A DNA stretch of 63,961 nt. It comes from Thraustochytrium aureum. Taxonomy: Eukaryota. Below the pieces are notes generated by a model that searched no databases, had not been told where the DNA came from, and was given only the letters and a program-made list of their open reading frames with translations. A program made the translations under genes and the position numbers. Shown piece by piece: positions 45,347 through 58,000 of the stretch. Where the stretch lies: NCBI GenBank assembly GCA_012862495.1, contig BLSG01000449.1, forward strand, positions 29,504-93,464, given 5' to 3'. Within the stretch, counting starts at the first letter, position 1, and each line of letters begins with the position of its first letter.

Positions 45347-46516
45347 GATCGTCTTCTCCGCGTGCCCACGTCCCTCGTCAGCCTTGGTCCCCGTCCCGCG
45401 AGCACAACTCCCTCGCCCAAATGGGACTGCTGTTGACACCTTCAACGAGAATCATCGGTCACTCCTCGGTCACTGCTCGCACATTTCACAACGAAAACGC
45501 AGGAGACGCCAAATTATCATAACTCTCCCCACCTTACGAATACAATCCGTTGCAAACCCCTATTTACTAAACCCAAAGAAACGCGTCGCCGTTTTAAAAT
45601 CGCCCAGAAGAGCAGCGCCCTCTCTGCGCACCTCAGGAACTCTCGCACGCCACTCGTTCCGGCCCCGCCTGCGCCGATTCCGCCGAGCGCACAAAGGGCG
45701 NNNNNNNNNNNNNNNNNNNNNNNNNNNNNNNNNNNNNNNNNNNNNNNNNNNNNNNNNNNNNNNNNNNNNNNNNNNNNNNNNNNNNNNNNNNNNNNNNNNN
45801 NNNNNNNNNNNNNNNNNNNNNNNNNNNNNNNNNNNNNNNNNNNNNNNNNNNNNNNNNNNNNNNNNNNNNNNNNNNNNNNNNNNNNNNNNNNNNNNNNNNN
45901 NNNNNNNNNNNNNNNNNNNNNNNNNNGCGCGTAACGAGCGCCCACCCATGTTACGCGTTGAAGTGAGTTTCTCACAGCCGGCTAAATGCGTATCGTTTCA
46001 GCCCCGCACCCCACAGCTGCAAGGTGACAGGCCCTCAACGCGGCTTCGTGTGGAGCGAACGTGCCACGTACGTTGTAGCGTGCGTTGTTGCGTGTGCCGT
46101 GCTCAGTAGCGTGCGTTTTAGCGTGCGCTTGCGCGCGCGGGCCCGCGCGGTGCGCTCGCTCGCACTCTCGCTCTCTCCCCGGCCGCATTGCGACTGTGAT
46201 CGCGCCGCGCTCGCGCATGCATTCGTCCTTTCTTTCCTGCCCCCGCCGCTCTCCGTTGCAGCCGAGGTACCCGCTGGCTTGGGCCGGTCGTGGCGGCGCG
46301 CCGGCCGCCGCTCGCACTCGCCTGACTCGGCGCGCATCGGCGAGAGGACAGCGCGCGGTGGGGCGCCGCCGGCGAGCGCTCCAACTGGGTTTTGGCCTGG
46401 CTAGTTCAGGGCTGGTTGTGGAGGTCTGGGCGTGAGCGCCCTGGCCCCGAGCGGCTCGGGGCTGGCCTTGGTGGCCAGGACTCGGCTCGCTGGTGTGCTA
46501 GCGGCGTGGGGGCGCG

Positions 46517-48805
46517 ATGAGGCGCCTCGCTCTCCTGGCGGCCGTGGTCGCGCGGCTGGCCAGCGCCCAAGAGGCCGTCGCGCTTGCTCCGCTTGCGTCG
46601 AGCGATACGCCGCCTGTCAACCTACACAAACCAAGCGCCTCACCAACGCTCGCGGTCTCCTGGCAAACGTTTGAGCCGACGCCAAACTCCGCGGCGCCTG
46701 CGCAAACGGAGGAGCAGGATTCTGCTGTTGTTGTCCCAAGTAACTCGAGCGTTCAGACAGCTGTCCCCACGCCAGACCCGGCGACAAGAACTACGTCCCC
46801 GACGCCGGCGCAGCGAGCGTTGGCGACCGCGTCACCGACCGGCAGGGTCGTATCCGGGCTCGACTGCCCGTGGGGCTCGTATTCGAACGGCGCAGCATGC
46901 ACGGCAGCGCAGATGTTTGATGGCGCCGCAGCTCTGATCGGAACCTGCGCCGCTGTGACTTTGCTGCTCATTGGCGTTGTCGTTGCCGGGCTGCTCGGCG
47001 ACGCGGAATGGGTCGGCTTGGCATTCGAGTACGTCACGTTCGTCCAGCTGAGTGCCGCTGGTGCGCTTATGGACCTTCCTAGCGCTCCACCAGAGTACAC
47101 CGGCTACTCGATGTCCTTCTTCTGGTCGGTCTTCACCGTGCTGCCCCTCGACGACCGCCTCGGCCTTTCAGACTGCCAGCTAGACGAGGAAGCGGCCCTA
47201 GACCTGGCAAAATACGGAGACACGCACGGCCATGGCCTAGCGCGGTTCGCTGAAACGCTCAATATTGCGCCGCGGCGTATTCTGCTGAGCTGCCTTTTGG
47301 GCGTCGTCTTGGTCGCCGCAGGTTCGGTGGCAGTGAGCCTGCTCCGTACGTTTGGCCTCGGCATGCAGCGGCCCGCTTCGCAAGCCCCTGCCAACGTCGC
47401 TGCTGCCGTGCTCCACACAGTCATCTATATCGCAACGTTCCCGCTGGTCCTGTTTTCGATGTACGCCTTTTACGTCATGTTCATCGCGCAAGGCGAGGCC
47501 ATCCGCGGTTGCAACCTCGAGCGCCTCTTCGTTTGCCTCCTTGGCGGCGTCGTGACCACCCTGGTCATCGTCTGGGCCGTCGCAGCCGCGCGCCATCGCT
47601 CCGAACCCGGGCAAGCCCCCTTGCGGCGGGCGTTTCGCCTTGCTGTCGACCGGTTCTGGATCGTGCAGTTCGCTCTTGCAGTTATCAGAGGCGTCGTGGT
47701 CGGGCTCGTGTTGTACCCGCGGCCGCTCCAGCCCGCAGCAATGCTCGTCGCAGCCTCTGCGTACAGTGGAATGGTGCTCTGGGTCTGGCCGTTCAAGTCT
47801 GCGAGCAGTAACAAAGTTGCTCTGCTTGTCTCTCAACTGGCCATTCTCAACGCGTTCGCCCCGGTGCTTTTTGGCCTCGAGCACTCTGTCCTCGACCAAG
47901 GCGCTAAAGAAGCGCTTGGGCGCGTTCAGGTTGGCTTCAATGTCGCAAGCCTGATACTGCTTGTCGTCGTTGCCGCAGCGCACGCTCTGCTCAACTCGGA
48001 ACTTTTCAGCGCTGGCGCCGAACGCCAGGAGGCCGCCACCGTCGCGGCGCCGCGCTTTGCCAAGGGGGTCCGCGCGGGCCGTCTGTCCCCGCAGGACGAC
48101 GGCACCGCTAGCTCATCAAGCGCTGTGCCAGCTGCCAGCTTCGTAGATGCCGAGCGCGGCGAGGTGCACTTGATCCCCCCTCGGCGTTCCTCGCAGACTC
48201 CTGCGCGTCTGTCCGCAAAGGCAAGCGCTGGTGCGCCCAGCTTTGGGAGCGCTACAGGCGCAAGCGCGCTTGCCGTGCGAGACGATCGAAAGGCATCGGC
48301 ATTGAGCCGCACAAAGCGTCCTCCTGGGAGCAAGGGTCACGATGCGTTTTCAATGGAAAGCAGGAGCGCAACAGCAGCCTCAGCGTCTTCAGGGGCAAAG
48401 CGTCTGGCCACATCCGCAAACTCCAACAAGCCCGCCTCGTCCTTCACCGGGAGCTCGGCGGCTATGCGGCGCCAAACCGACTCGGCGGCAAGCAAGGCCG
48501 TCGCAACGCGTGCGCTCCTGCCCGGCGTCGACGAGTTCTTACTTGAAGGCGTTGGAGCCTTTCCGGCGGCGAAACTCGTCGACGAGATCGACGACACCTC
48601 GGACGTCTCCAGCAACGGCTCGGCGCCATCGGCGCTTTCTTCGCAAGATGACGCCAGCTTCAAGAGTGTCCATGTGCGCGGGAGCGCAACCTTTGCATCT
48701 CGCCAGGCTGGCGCGATCGCCACGACGCCGCAAGCTGCCGTCGAGGCCGCGATGGCAGCGACGCGGGCCGCGCGACAAGCCAAGGAGGACGTGCACTTGA
48801 CATAA
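46517..48805 (+). CDS. TRP-like (fungal FLC/Pkd2-type, PF06011-like) multi-pass membrane protein
   Basis: Signal peptide, S/T/P-rich stalk, FVQLSAAGALMDL..PPEY.GYS.SFFWS motif, WPF...SN motif, about 9 TM segments, disordered C-terminal tail. Confidence 0.7.
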   Translation: MRRLALLAAVVARLASAQEAVALAPLASSDTPPVNLHKPSASPTLAVSWQTFEPTPNSAAPAQTEEQDSAVVVPSNSSVQTAVPTPDPATRTTSPTPAQRALATASPTGRVVSGLDCPWGSYSNGAACTAAQMFDGAAALIGTCAAVTLLLIGVVVAGLLGDAEWVGLAFEYVTFVQLSAAGALMDLPSAPPEYTGYSMSFFWSVFTVLPLDDRLGLSDCQLDEEAALDLAKYGDTHGHGLARFAETLNIAPRRILLSCLLGVVLVAAGSVAVSLLRTFGLGMQRPASQAPANVAAAVLHTVIYIATFPLVLFSMYAFYVMFIAQGEAIRGCNLERLFVCLLGGVVTTLVIVWAVAAARHRSEPGQAPLRRAFRLAVDRFWIVQFALAVIRGVVVGLVLYPRPLQPAAMLVAASAYSGMVLWVWPFKSASSNKVALLVSQLAILNAFAPVLFGLEHSVLDQGAKEALGRVQVGFNVASLILLVVVAAAHALLNSELFSAGAERQEAATVAAPRFAKGVRAGRLSPQDDGTASSSSAVPAASFVDAERGEVHLIPPRRSSQTPARLSAKASAGAPSFGSATGASALAVRDDRKASALSRTKRPPGSKGHDAFSMESRSATAASASSGAKRLATSANSNKPASSFTGSSAAMRRQTDSAASKAVATRALLPGVDEFLLEGVGAFPAAKLVDEIDDTSDVSSNGSAPSALSSQDDASFKSVHVRGSATFASRQAGAIATTPQAAVEAAMAATRAARQAKEDVHLT

Positions 48806-49038
48806 TCGGGACAGCCGACCACTTCGCGTCGCTCCAACGAGCGCGCATTTTGATCATTAGTGATGAGTACTCGAGTATCACGATGGCTGGCGAGGGTAGG
48901 TAGGTAGTAGGTTGTCATGAGAACTTGAATGTGTTGCTGATTTTGTTCCGATTCCGAGCTACTGTCCCAGGGCGAGGGTCTGCGCGCTAGCGGCCTCTGC
49001 GCCTCCCTTGCCGCCCCGTTTGCGTCGCTGGTCCGGCG

Positions 49039-52000
49039 CTACGCTCTTCGGGCTAAGCTTTGAACTTGAGCGCTTGCCGCGGGTGTCCTTTTTGCGCTCT
49101 CTGTCTGGTCCGAAGTGCCTGGAAAGAGTTTGTCAAAGCCGTCGTCATACGGGGCGCGCGAGACGATCGCTTGGCTCGTGCCGGGGCTCAAGGGGCTACC
49201 CAGCCCGTCTGTGGCTTCGTCGTCATCCTGGTAGACGGAGAGAGAGTTTGGCAGCTTGGCGGGGCGCAGGTACAGCTTCGCCGCCATGGCAATTGCTGTT
49301 AGCAGAACAAGCGCGCCAACGACGACGCCAGCAATCAACCCGGCACGCCCGCCCGAGGCGGCCGAGTCGGCGCCCCTGGCACCCGCTGAAGGCGAATCGG
49401 TCTGGCGCGGCCCATCGCCGCCCTCCTCGCATGGCTGGTCGACAACCATACTGCGAACCGCGTGCAGTACTTTCTGGTCGCTCTCCTCGAGCGAGCTAAC
49501 CACTTGATCAACCAGGGGGAGCTTGAGCAACCCATCAAATACTTGCGCCATACACAACTCGCCCACAACGCAGCCGAAGAGGAACCTCCAAGACCCTGCG
49601 GAGCCCGCTCGCGGGTCTGACGCAGCATCTTGCACTTTGGCGAGGCACTCCGGAGTACCCGCCGAGAATGACGCCAATGTGGGGAGTTGCGGACCGAGCT
49701 GGTCAAGGAAACCTCCGTCGCGGAACATCGCTTCAATGACCGACTTGCTGTCAGGGAGTTGCGCGAGCGGGCAGCTGAGCGTCACGAGCACGTCGGCGTC
49801 CTTGGGAACGAGCTGGCTGAACAGCGGAAGGGCGCGATACCCGGCCACAAAGTCGGCGAGACAGCCCTCGCTCACCTTTTTGCACACCGCCGCCAGCGGG
49901 TCAAATCTATCGTGCAGCTCAAGCTCGACTCTCATGGCTTCGATGCTGGAGACAAGGTCGCTGTGGCAGGCTTCGCGCAAAGGCACCAAATTCTCCACAA
50001 ACTCCACGACAACCACAAGGTTGCCAGCCAGGAAGTGGCGGATCTTGTGCGCCTCGGTGTGCCCCACTGTCGCCGAGTTCTCTTCGTCGTGAATTCTGCA
50101 AACCCCGACAACCATGTCGCGAGTCGCGGTTGGCAGAAACGGCCCCCAAAACGGCAGCTCCGTTAGGCTTTCAAGCAGCGTGTCGCGGCAAGTCGGCTGG
50201 ATGCGGCAGAGTGACTCCACGTCGATCGCGCCGGCGCGGAACGAGGCCACCCCAAACGACTGAAGCTGGTATGCGCAAACATCGCTGTTCGTGAGCGACT
50301 TGCCCACCACGGCGGCCAGCTGCGGGAGCGTATCGCGAGCAAACTGGACCCAGCCTTCGTAGCCCTCGACAAACGCGCATACGCCATCAAAGAGCAAGTC
50401 CAAACCGCCCGGGAAGTACTCGCCCACTAGAGGGACCGTGCTAAGACCCTGGGACAGCTCGCCCAAGCACGGCGGCCCAACGCCCGAGCAGAGTGCTGCA
50501 GCAGACGCCACGTCGTCCTGGTCTACGCCTTGGAAGGCCACCTTGCACGTGTGGCTGACACCAGCGATCATCGAGGCGGTCCGCAACAAGAGCGGGCCTT
50601 CCCGCGCGATGTACTCGCGCAAGGTTACAGTTTCGTCAATGAGGGCGCACGTGCCAGCAAGGAGCTCCTTTACGCCCGGCGGGACGCTAGCCCCGACGAA
50701 AGGCAACCCGCTGAGCCCTGAGCTGATCTGGTCGAGGCAATCCTGCTTGTCTCCGGAAAGCGAGTCGCACAGGAGAGCGCCGTCCAAGGCCCCGCCTTTG
50801 CTCTTGAAGAGGGCGGCCACGTTGTCCAACTCTGTCTTGCAGACGTCATCCAGCTCGAGAACACTGGCGCCGATAGCCAGCAGGCTCGGGAGGCGCTCGA
50901 GCAAAACCTTTCGCGAGTCGCCTTTCGCGTTGATGACGCTGCACGCAGTTGCCAGCATCTCCCCCGAGCGCTTCGGCACAAAGTCGCGCACGATCGGCAA
51001 GCGGCCAAGCATCTCCTCCACCAGAACCATGCAAGGACCCGGGACGGCAGCGCACATGTCGCGCGTGCTGAAGAGCGGGCCGGAGAGGGCAAAGTCGGAG
51101 ATCTTCTTGCCGCAGTTTTGCTGCTCCTCTGCGGTCCCGTACAGCAAGGCTCGCTTGCTAGAACCGCTGTCCCCGAGCACTTTACCCAGAACCAACAAGA
51201 TATTCGGGAGGAAGGAGGCCAGTCCGCTGCTGTCCGTGGCGTTGTCCGACATTTTGAGTTGGCCGCTGGCTGGAACGTGCTTCTGCATCTCACAAACGTC
51301 CTTCAGGAGATCCACCACAGAGTCGGGGACGTGTTCGCCAACAAGCGGCAGCGACTGCATCGATTCGACGAGCTCCTTTGTGCACACGTCTTCGATGTTG
51401 CAGATCTTGCGCGCGTCAAAGGCGGCGGCGTTGCGGCCCCCGCGCGAGTTCAGGTCGAACTCCAGCTCTACTTCGGTGCGACACAAGTCGCTCACCTTGC
51501 CGTGGTTGCCGACAACGATGCTGCCCATTGCGTGAAACAGGGTCGGGATGTGCGAGACCAGTGCAGCATAGCTCGCGCGGTCGGTGACCATCGCGCAGGA
51601 CGCCCCAATGAGCTCGTCAAGGCCAGTCGGCAAGCTCGTTCCTACGAAGGGCAGCTTGCGTAGGGACAGGACGATTTCTGTGACGCACTGCTGGTCAACT
51701 GCGCTGCAAAAGTCGCGGCTCGAGAACTCGCCCTTGGCGGCGAGCGTTGCCGTGACGTCGATGAGTTGCTGTCCGCAAGAGTCAGAGGGGTGGCCCAACA
51801 GGTTGCCCAGGACGTGCAGCAGCGTCGCTAGATGCGGCAGAAGCGAGAAGATGTCCCGCTCCTCCGCGACCAAGTAGGCGCAAGACTCGTGCACGAGGTC
51901 GGCGAGCCCATCAGGCACGAATGCTGACGCCATCGGGACCTTGGCCAGGCTAGATGTCAGCTGGTCCACGCAGTCCGAGCCTGGCGATTCGCTCTCGACG

Positions 52001-55000
52001 TGGAGACCATGGCAAACCAGCTCGGCGGACATGCCGCCCTTGTCATAATCCGCTCCTACGCCCCGGAGCGCCGTGCCGCACGTGTTGTCGACTCCTTGAA
52101 CATCTGCGGCTGCGCGAAGCAGCCCGCCAAGGTGCTTGCTCAAGAACACAGACATGGATTGGTCGCCGTCGCGCACGGCGCACAGGTCGACGAGGAGGTC
52201 CCCAGCAGACAGTGGCACGAACTTGCCAATAAGAGGCAGGTTGGAGATTCTCGCCATGTAGTGCATGACGCAGGAATCGTCCACCTTACAGAGCTTGCCA
52301 CCGCTGCTGCGAATGGAGCCCAGGCACGGCGCGTCGACACCAGCTATTGTTCCGGCGCTGATGAGGAGCTTGGGCAGCAGCGTCTCGAGGAAGACCGTCT
52401 TGTTCAGTGCCGGGCCGACACCCGCATTCGCTGCGAAAATCTGACATCCAGCATCAAGCGAGTCGACAAACGCAGGAACGAACCCTTTGGGCAGGGCTTG
52501 GGCGACGCCAGGCACCGATTCGAGCGCAGCGCCAAACTCTAGAACGCAAGCGCGCTCCTTCGGGCTCGTCCTGCACATTACAAGGATGTCGCCCGCTTCG
52601 TCTGTCATCTTGCTCGCATGCTTGGCAAAATAGCCCTGGAGGTCTGTTGCACACTCGCCGCCAAACTTCGGGACCATGTCCTTGATCACAGGCACCGAGG
52701 CGGCGTGTTGCATCGCTTGAATAAAGGCGGGCATGTTTGAGAATAGTCGAGCAAGGCGAACCCCTTCAATGCCGTGGGCCATCTCGGAAAGCACCCCGCA
52801 CGCCTCGTCCAAAACATCATACAGGGTGGTTCGTACGGTGGCCTCCATCGTGGTATACTTTCCCCTGTACGTGCGCGAAAAGAACATGAAGGCCTGGCGC
52901 ACCTCGCTTATGCCGTCCAGCTCCCGCGCAATAAGGAGCATGCATCCGCGCTCTGCCTCGTTGATGGTGCACACTTTGGCAAGCGCGTCTGGGGCGCCCG
53001 CATAGCTTGTCACGTTCTCCACTGCGCTGACGCAGATCTCGCCCCCAAACTCCGGCAGCAACGTGTGCAGCACCGGCATTTTTCGCAGGTTGTACACGAT
53101 GCGGACCACTTGCTCCATGCTACCAAAGAGCGAAGAAAAGTCAAGCGAGCCCATTGCGTCAAAGAGCGTGCACGCGTCCGTGCGTATCGCAAAGACAGCC
53201 TTAACCAAGCCATCAACGCTGTACGGCGTCCCGTTGGGCTGCAGGGGAAGCGAATTCGTGATCAAGTTGGCGATGAGGCTCACTTTGCCCACAGCCTGGA
53301 CGGTGTGCTCGAAACAGTCCACTTCGGGCCCCGTGTAGTTACAGAGCACCGCAGACAGCCCTGAAAAGTCAAGCGAAGTTGAGAGGTACAGGAGCCCCTG
53401 CTCCTCCGCGATGCGGGCGCCATATTCGAGCTTTTCCGCGATCGGTCCTGCGAAAGTAGCCTGGCACTCTGGCGAGATTTGTGGCATGTAGGGCTCGAGG
53501 AAGTCGATCTGCGCGAGCTGCCCGATCACGTGAACGAGGTCGGGGATGGTCTTGATGAAAGCGAGCATGTCCAGCTCGAGGATCTCGCCTAGTGCGGGGC
53601 AGGCCACGTTGCGCAGGATACCAATCAGATTTCGCACTACGCCGCGCGGGAGCATGTCTACCAGCACGGGGAGGGTTTCGACGTTGTCACCTACGAGGCT
53701 CAGACACTCGAATGTTGCGAGCGACGAGGCGCACAGCTCCGCAGGGACGAGACCAAGGTCGCTGAGCTGCCCAAGGCGAGTGCCGAGCTCCTTCACGCGA
53801 CCTCTGCATGTGTCACCTATGTCCACCTTGTACAACCCTGCCGTGAGCGCAACTTGATCGATCTCGAAGAACAGGTCGATCACTGCTGGCACGTAGGTCA
53901 GGAGCTGGGCCGGCTCAAACGTGCCCTGGTCGCCCAAAACGAGGCACACCGCTGGGATAACCTCAAACGTGGCTGCCACGAGGCCCTTCGCGTCGGGGAC
54001 GACGCCTGCAGCCCACGAAGTTGCCTGCACGCTCTCCGCAAAGTCAAAGGCGCACTGTCTTGTACTGTCGCCCATCTGGCACAACACAGCGCTTACACCA
54101 AGCGCTGGATTGTTGAGTTTTGCGGCGAGATCCTCCACGCTGTCCAAGCAGGTGCCAGGCATGCGCGGCACGAAGCTGCGCAGCATCGGATAGGCCCACA
54201 GCGCGTCAATGAGGGCAAACGTGCGTGGGAGCTGAGCGACAATCCCTTGGTACGAAATCTCGCCCAGCTCGTCAAACGCAGGGCAAACTATATCGTCGAG
54301 GGCGTGGACCAGGAGGCGCAGCAAGCTCTGGTGGCCTGCTTGGGCGTGCGCTGCTGCTGCAGTCGCCTCGTCCCCATACAAGAGCTTTGAAAGCGACGGA
54401 GTCTCCTCGATCGCGTCGCCGAGCAGGGCCAGGCACTCGATGTCGAGGGAGGTGAGTCCCCGGGCAGCGTCCCGGTCGCAAAGCGCCGAAACTGAAAAAT
54501 TCGACAGTACGAGCGAGATGTGCGGAAACGCGTCCGACTTGCAGTCCCCGCCAGGCACGACAGGGAGGTATTCAGCTGCAAAGTCCGGGGCAAGTGCGTG
54601 CACTCGATCCACAATGTGCAAAACCGTGTCAATATGGGCGAGCAGGGAGGTCGCGTCCACCTCCCCATCCGCTGGCGGCGTTCCGAGCAGCGTGCACACA
54701 GCAGAGAGCGGCTCGCCAATGATCTCCTTCAGGAGGCCCGGGCGGCCAAGCATCTCGCGAACGAGCGCAACTTGGTCGATTGCGTCCGAGAGCGCCCCAA
54801 TGCAGGTCTTGTCGGCGGCGTTCAGTCCTGTACAGAGCAGCCCAGGAATATCCACTTCGCCCTCTCCGAGGACTGCTTGCTTGATTTTGGTGGAGATGGA
54901 AAGCAAGGTGGCCTCTTTGCACTCTTCCGCCGGGAAAGGAGGGGCAAGGTCGCGCAGCGCCACTGGAAGACCGTCGCGGAGCTGTTTGTAGATGCTCCCA

Positions 55001-58000
55001 ATCTCCGGAACGACGTCAAACACGGCCTCAAAGTCTATGGCCCCGTCGGGTGGCTGAATGACGCGCTCAATGACCTGGCAAGCCGTCGGCAAAATCGAGG
55101 CGAGCGCCTCGACAAGGGGCTTGGTGCGCATATCCGGCGAGATGAACGCAAGAGTGTCGACCTCGGCGGCGAGTTCGACAAAGCAGTTTGGCACCTTGAG
55201 ATGGTCTTGCAAGAGCGCTGTGCACATGGTTCTCGGGAGCATGGCGAGGTTGTCCTCTTTGAACAAGGCTCCAGAGGGCGCCACAAATGCTCTGAACTCG
55301 TCCGCACAATTGGCACTCACTCGCGGCACATAATCGTCGAGAATCTTGAAACTCGACAGCTCATCCAAGAGGTCGAGGACATGCGGGATCAAAAGGAACA
55401 CGTTGTCCGCGATAGAGAGCGCAGAGCTGCTTTCGTACAGGCTGTCGACGACAAGACAGGCACCTGGAAGCGCCTCAAACACCACGTCGACCACCGATAC
55501 AACCGAGGCTGATTCCGAAGCCGACGCTGCGCCAAGCTGCGATGAGGCGAGCTCGGCAATCATTGGGATGCCCATGACGCTCGCTACGAGCTCCCGGATG
55601 CACGCTTTCTCAGGCGAGGTGATTCCGCAAACAGCGTGCGGCAGCCCAGCGAGGCCATTTTTTTCGAACCGCGGGACCAGTGAGGTCTTGTACGTTGCCG
55701 AGCAAGCGATTGAGATGTCGGGCACGTACGCCTTCAGCGCGTCTATCGTGTTCAGCTCGTGCAAAAGGTCCAGCAGGCTGGGGATGCTGGAAACAATTGA
55801 AGCATAGTCAAAGTCGCCGAGTTCGCTAACCAGTCGGCAAGCGGTTGGCAGCGTGTCCAGCACCTCGTCCACAATGCCCGCTGGGACCAGCCCCGAGTAC
55901 ACCGTCATTCCAGCCACGTCCTGCCCAACCTTGCGTAGACACTCGTTGGTTCCGTCGGGCATATCGCAGAGCGCTCCTGGGACACCAGCAACGCCACGCG
56001 CTGAGAGGCTTGCAGCAAGAGTGTGGAAACCACCCATGCAGCTTTCTGAAATCGGCGGGATGAACGGCTGCACGAACTCGATCTCCTTCAACCCGTCCAA
56101 GAGCGACACGAGGACGGGCAAATAGGTCAGGATGACGTCCGGGTTTGTAAAGTCCTGCGAAGCCGCGGAGGCGACATCGAAAACCAGCGAGCATACCAAA
56201 GGAAGGAGCTTGACCAGGTCCAACGCGAGCGAGTGGGTCCCAGGCACCATGTCCGCGATCCACTGCACCTTCTCCAGGCTGCCACCAAACTCCGCCATGC
56301 AGGTTTTGACGCTCGCGTCAGTCTCCTTACAGAGAGCGTGTGTCATGGCCTCCTCTGGACTCGTCGCGGAGTTTGCCCCGAGCTCGGCGGCTTTCGCGAG
56401 CGAGTCGCTGAGTCGACCAACCTCATTCATGCACGACGCTGGCACACCTGGGATATACTCGCGCAGCAGCGTAAAGTTGGTGTGAAGCGTGTTGACAATC
56501 TCCAGTGCGTGGGGGAGCTGCCGAGCGAGGTCGGCTATTTCGAGATTCTCCAGCTCATGAAAGAGTGGGCATGCGTAGCCCGAAACAACCTGCAATGCGT
56601 ACCGAACGAGGCCACGACCCCCGATGAGCTCCACAAAGATTTCTACCCCATCCATCGCGTCGCCCAGCAGAGCAAGGCACTCTGTCTCCGCCGGCTCAAG
56701 CCCGCACAAAACCCCGGGAATTTGGCCAGGGCCGCCGACCCGCAAGGTTTTCGCAAACTTGGCGCTGGTCGAGTTGTACCTGTCGTCGCACTGCGCGTGC
56801 GGGATCACCGGCAAATAGCCGCGGAGGAACTCTGGCATGTTGGCGCGAAGCGACGTGATGATGCGGAGGATTTCAGGGATGTTTTCGATCATGCTCGCGT
56901 AGTGAATATTGTCGAACGCGTCGCCAATGATCGAGCACGCTCGCGGGATGTCCACGGTGATGAGCGACTGCAAAAAGCCTTTGCGAAGCCCAAGCGCAGA
57001 GAGCAGGGCAGGCTGCTCGTCAATGGAGTCACCCAGGGCAACGATGCACCCGCGCTCTGCGTCTGAGGCCTGCAGGCAAACTGCGTCGAGAACACGCGAG
57101 GCTTGAATCGACTCGGTCGCGGTGGCGAAGCTGATTAGGCGCTGGAAGTTGGCAACGACGTCGTCCGAGCACTGCTCTTTTGGAAACTTTGGTAGGTAGC
57201 CCTGAACAAAGCTCGGGGCCATCGGCTGCAGGCTGGCGTACCAATCGAGAATTGTCGGGAGCGACTCTATGATCCCGGTCGAGTTCCAGTCCACGAGACT
57301 CGAGTCTGGGCTCAGCAGCTGGCATGCGCTCGGGAGTAGCGTGGTGGCAACAGTCTGGATGACGCCGCGCCCCCCTAGCTGCGCTCGAATGAGTTCGACG
57401 TCGTCAAAGGCGTCGCCAAGCTCGACGAGGCATCGTGGGTAGTCGAGCTGCGGCCAGCGCACACAGATCTCGCGGATGAGCTCCGAAAACGAATACGACT
57501 CGACAAAGGCGAATTCGGTAAACTCTTGCGCCATGGCCTGAAACGCGTTGCGACAGTGGAGGTCGACCGGTATGCGAGGAATGTAGGCTTGAAGCGGGTA
57601 CAGCGAAGCAGATGCTGACCCAGCAAGCCGGCGGTCTTGCAGCGCGGCAGGGCGCCGCGCCAGCGCGTCTACAAGAAGCAAAAGGTCCGGGAGTCGGCTG
57701 ACGAGATTCTCCACGCTAAATTCGCCGGTTGCTGTGACGATGGACGTGCATACTTGCGGGATGATGCCGTCCACCACATGCTCGAGTGAGCCGGCTCCAA
57801 TCTGCTCGCGGATGAAGGAGACCGTGTCAATGGCGCGCGACAGGCGCACGAGACAGCTGTTGTGGCTGACACGGGAGCAGATGCGGCTCAAGGTGTTGGT
57901 GTCCTTGCCGTCGATGATGTCGGCAACCCAAGCCGCAAACTTTGCCATTTGCGTCGAGCAGGACTGGCTCTTGAAAAACGCGTGGACTTGGGGCATCTCG

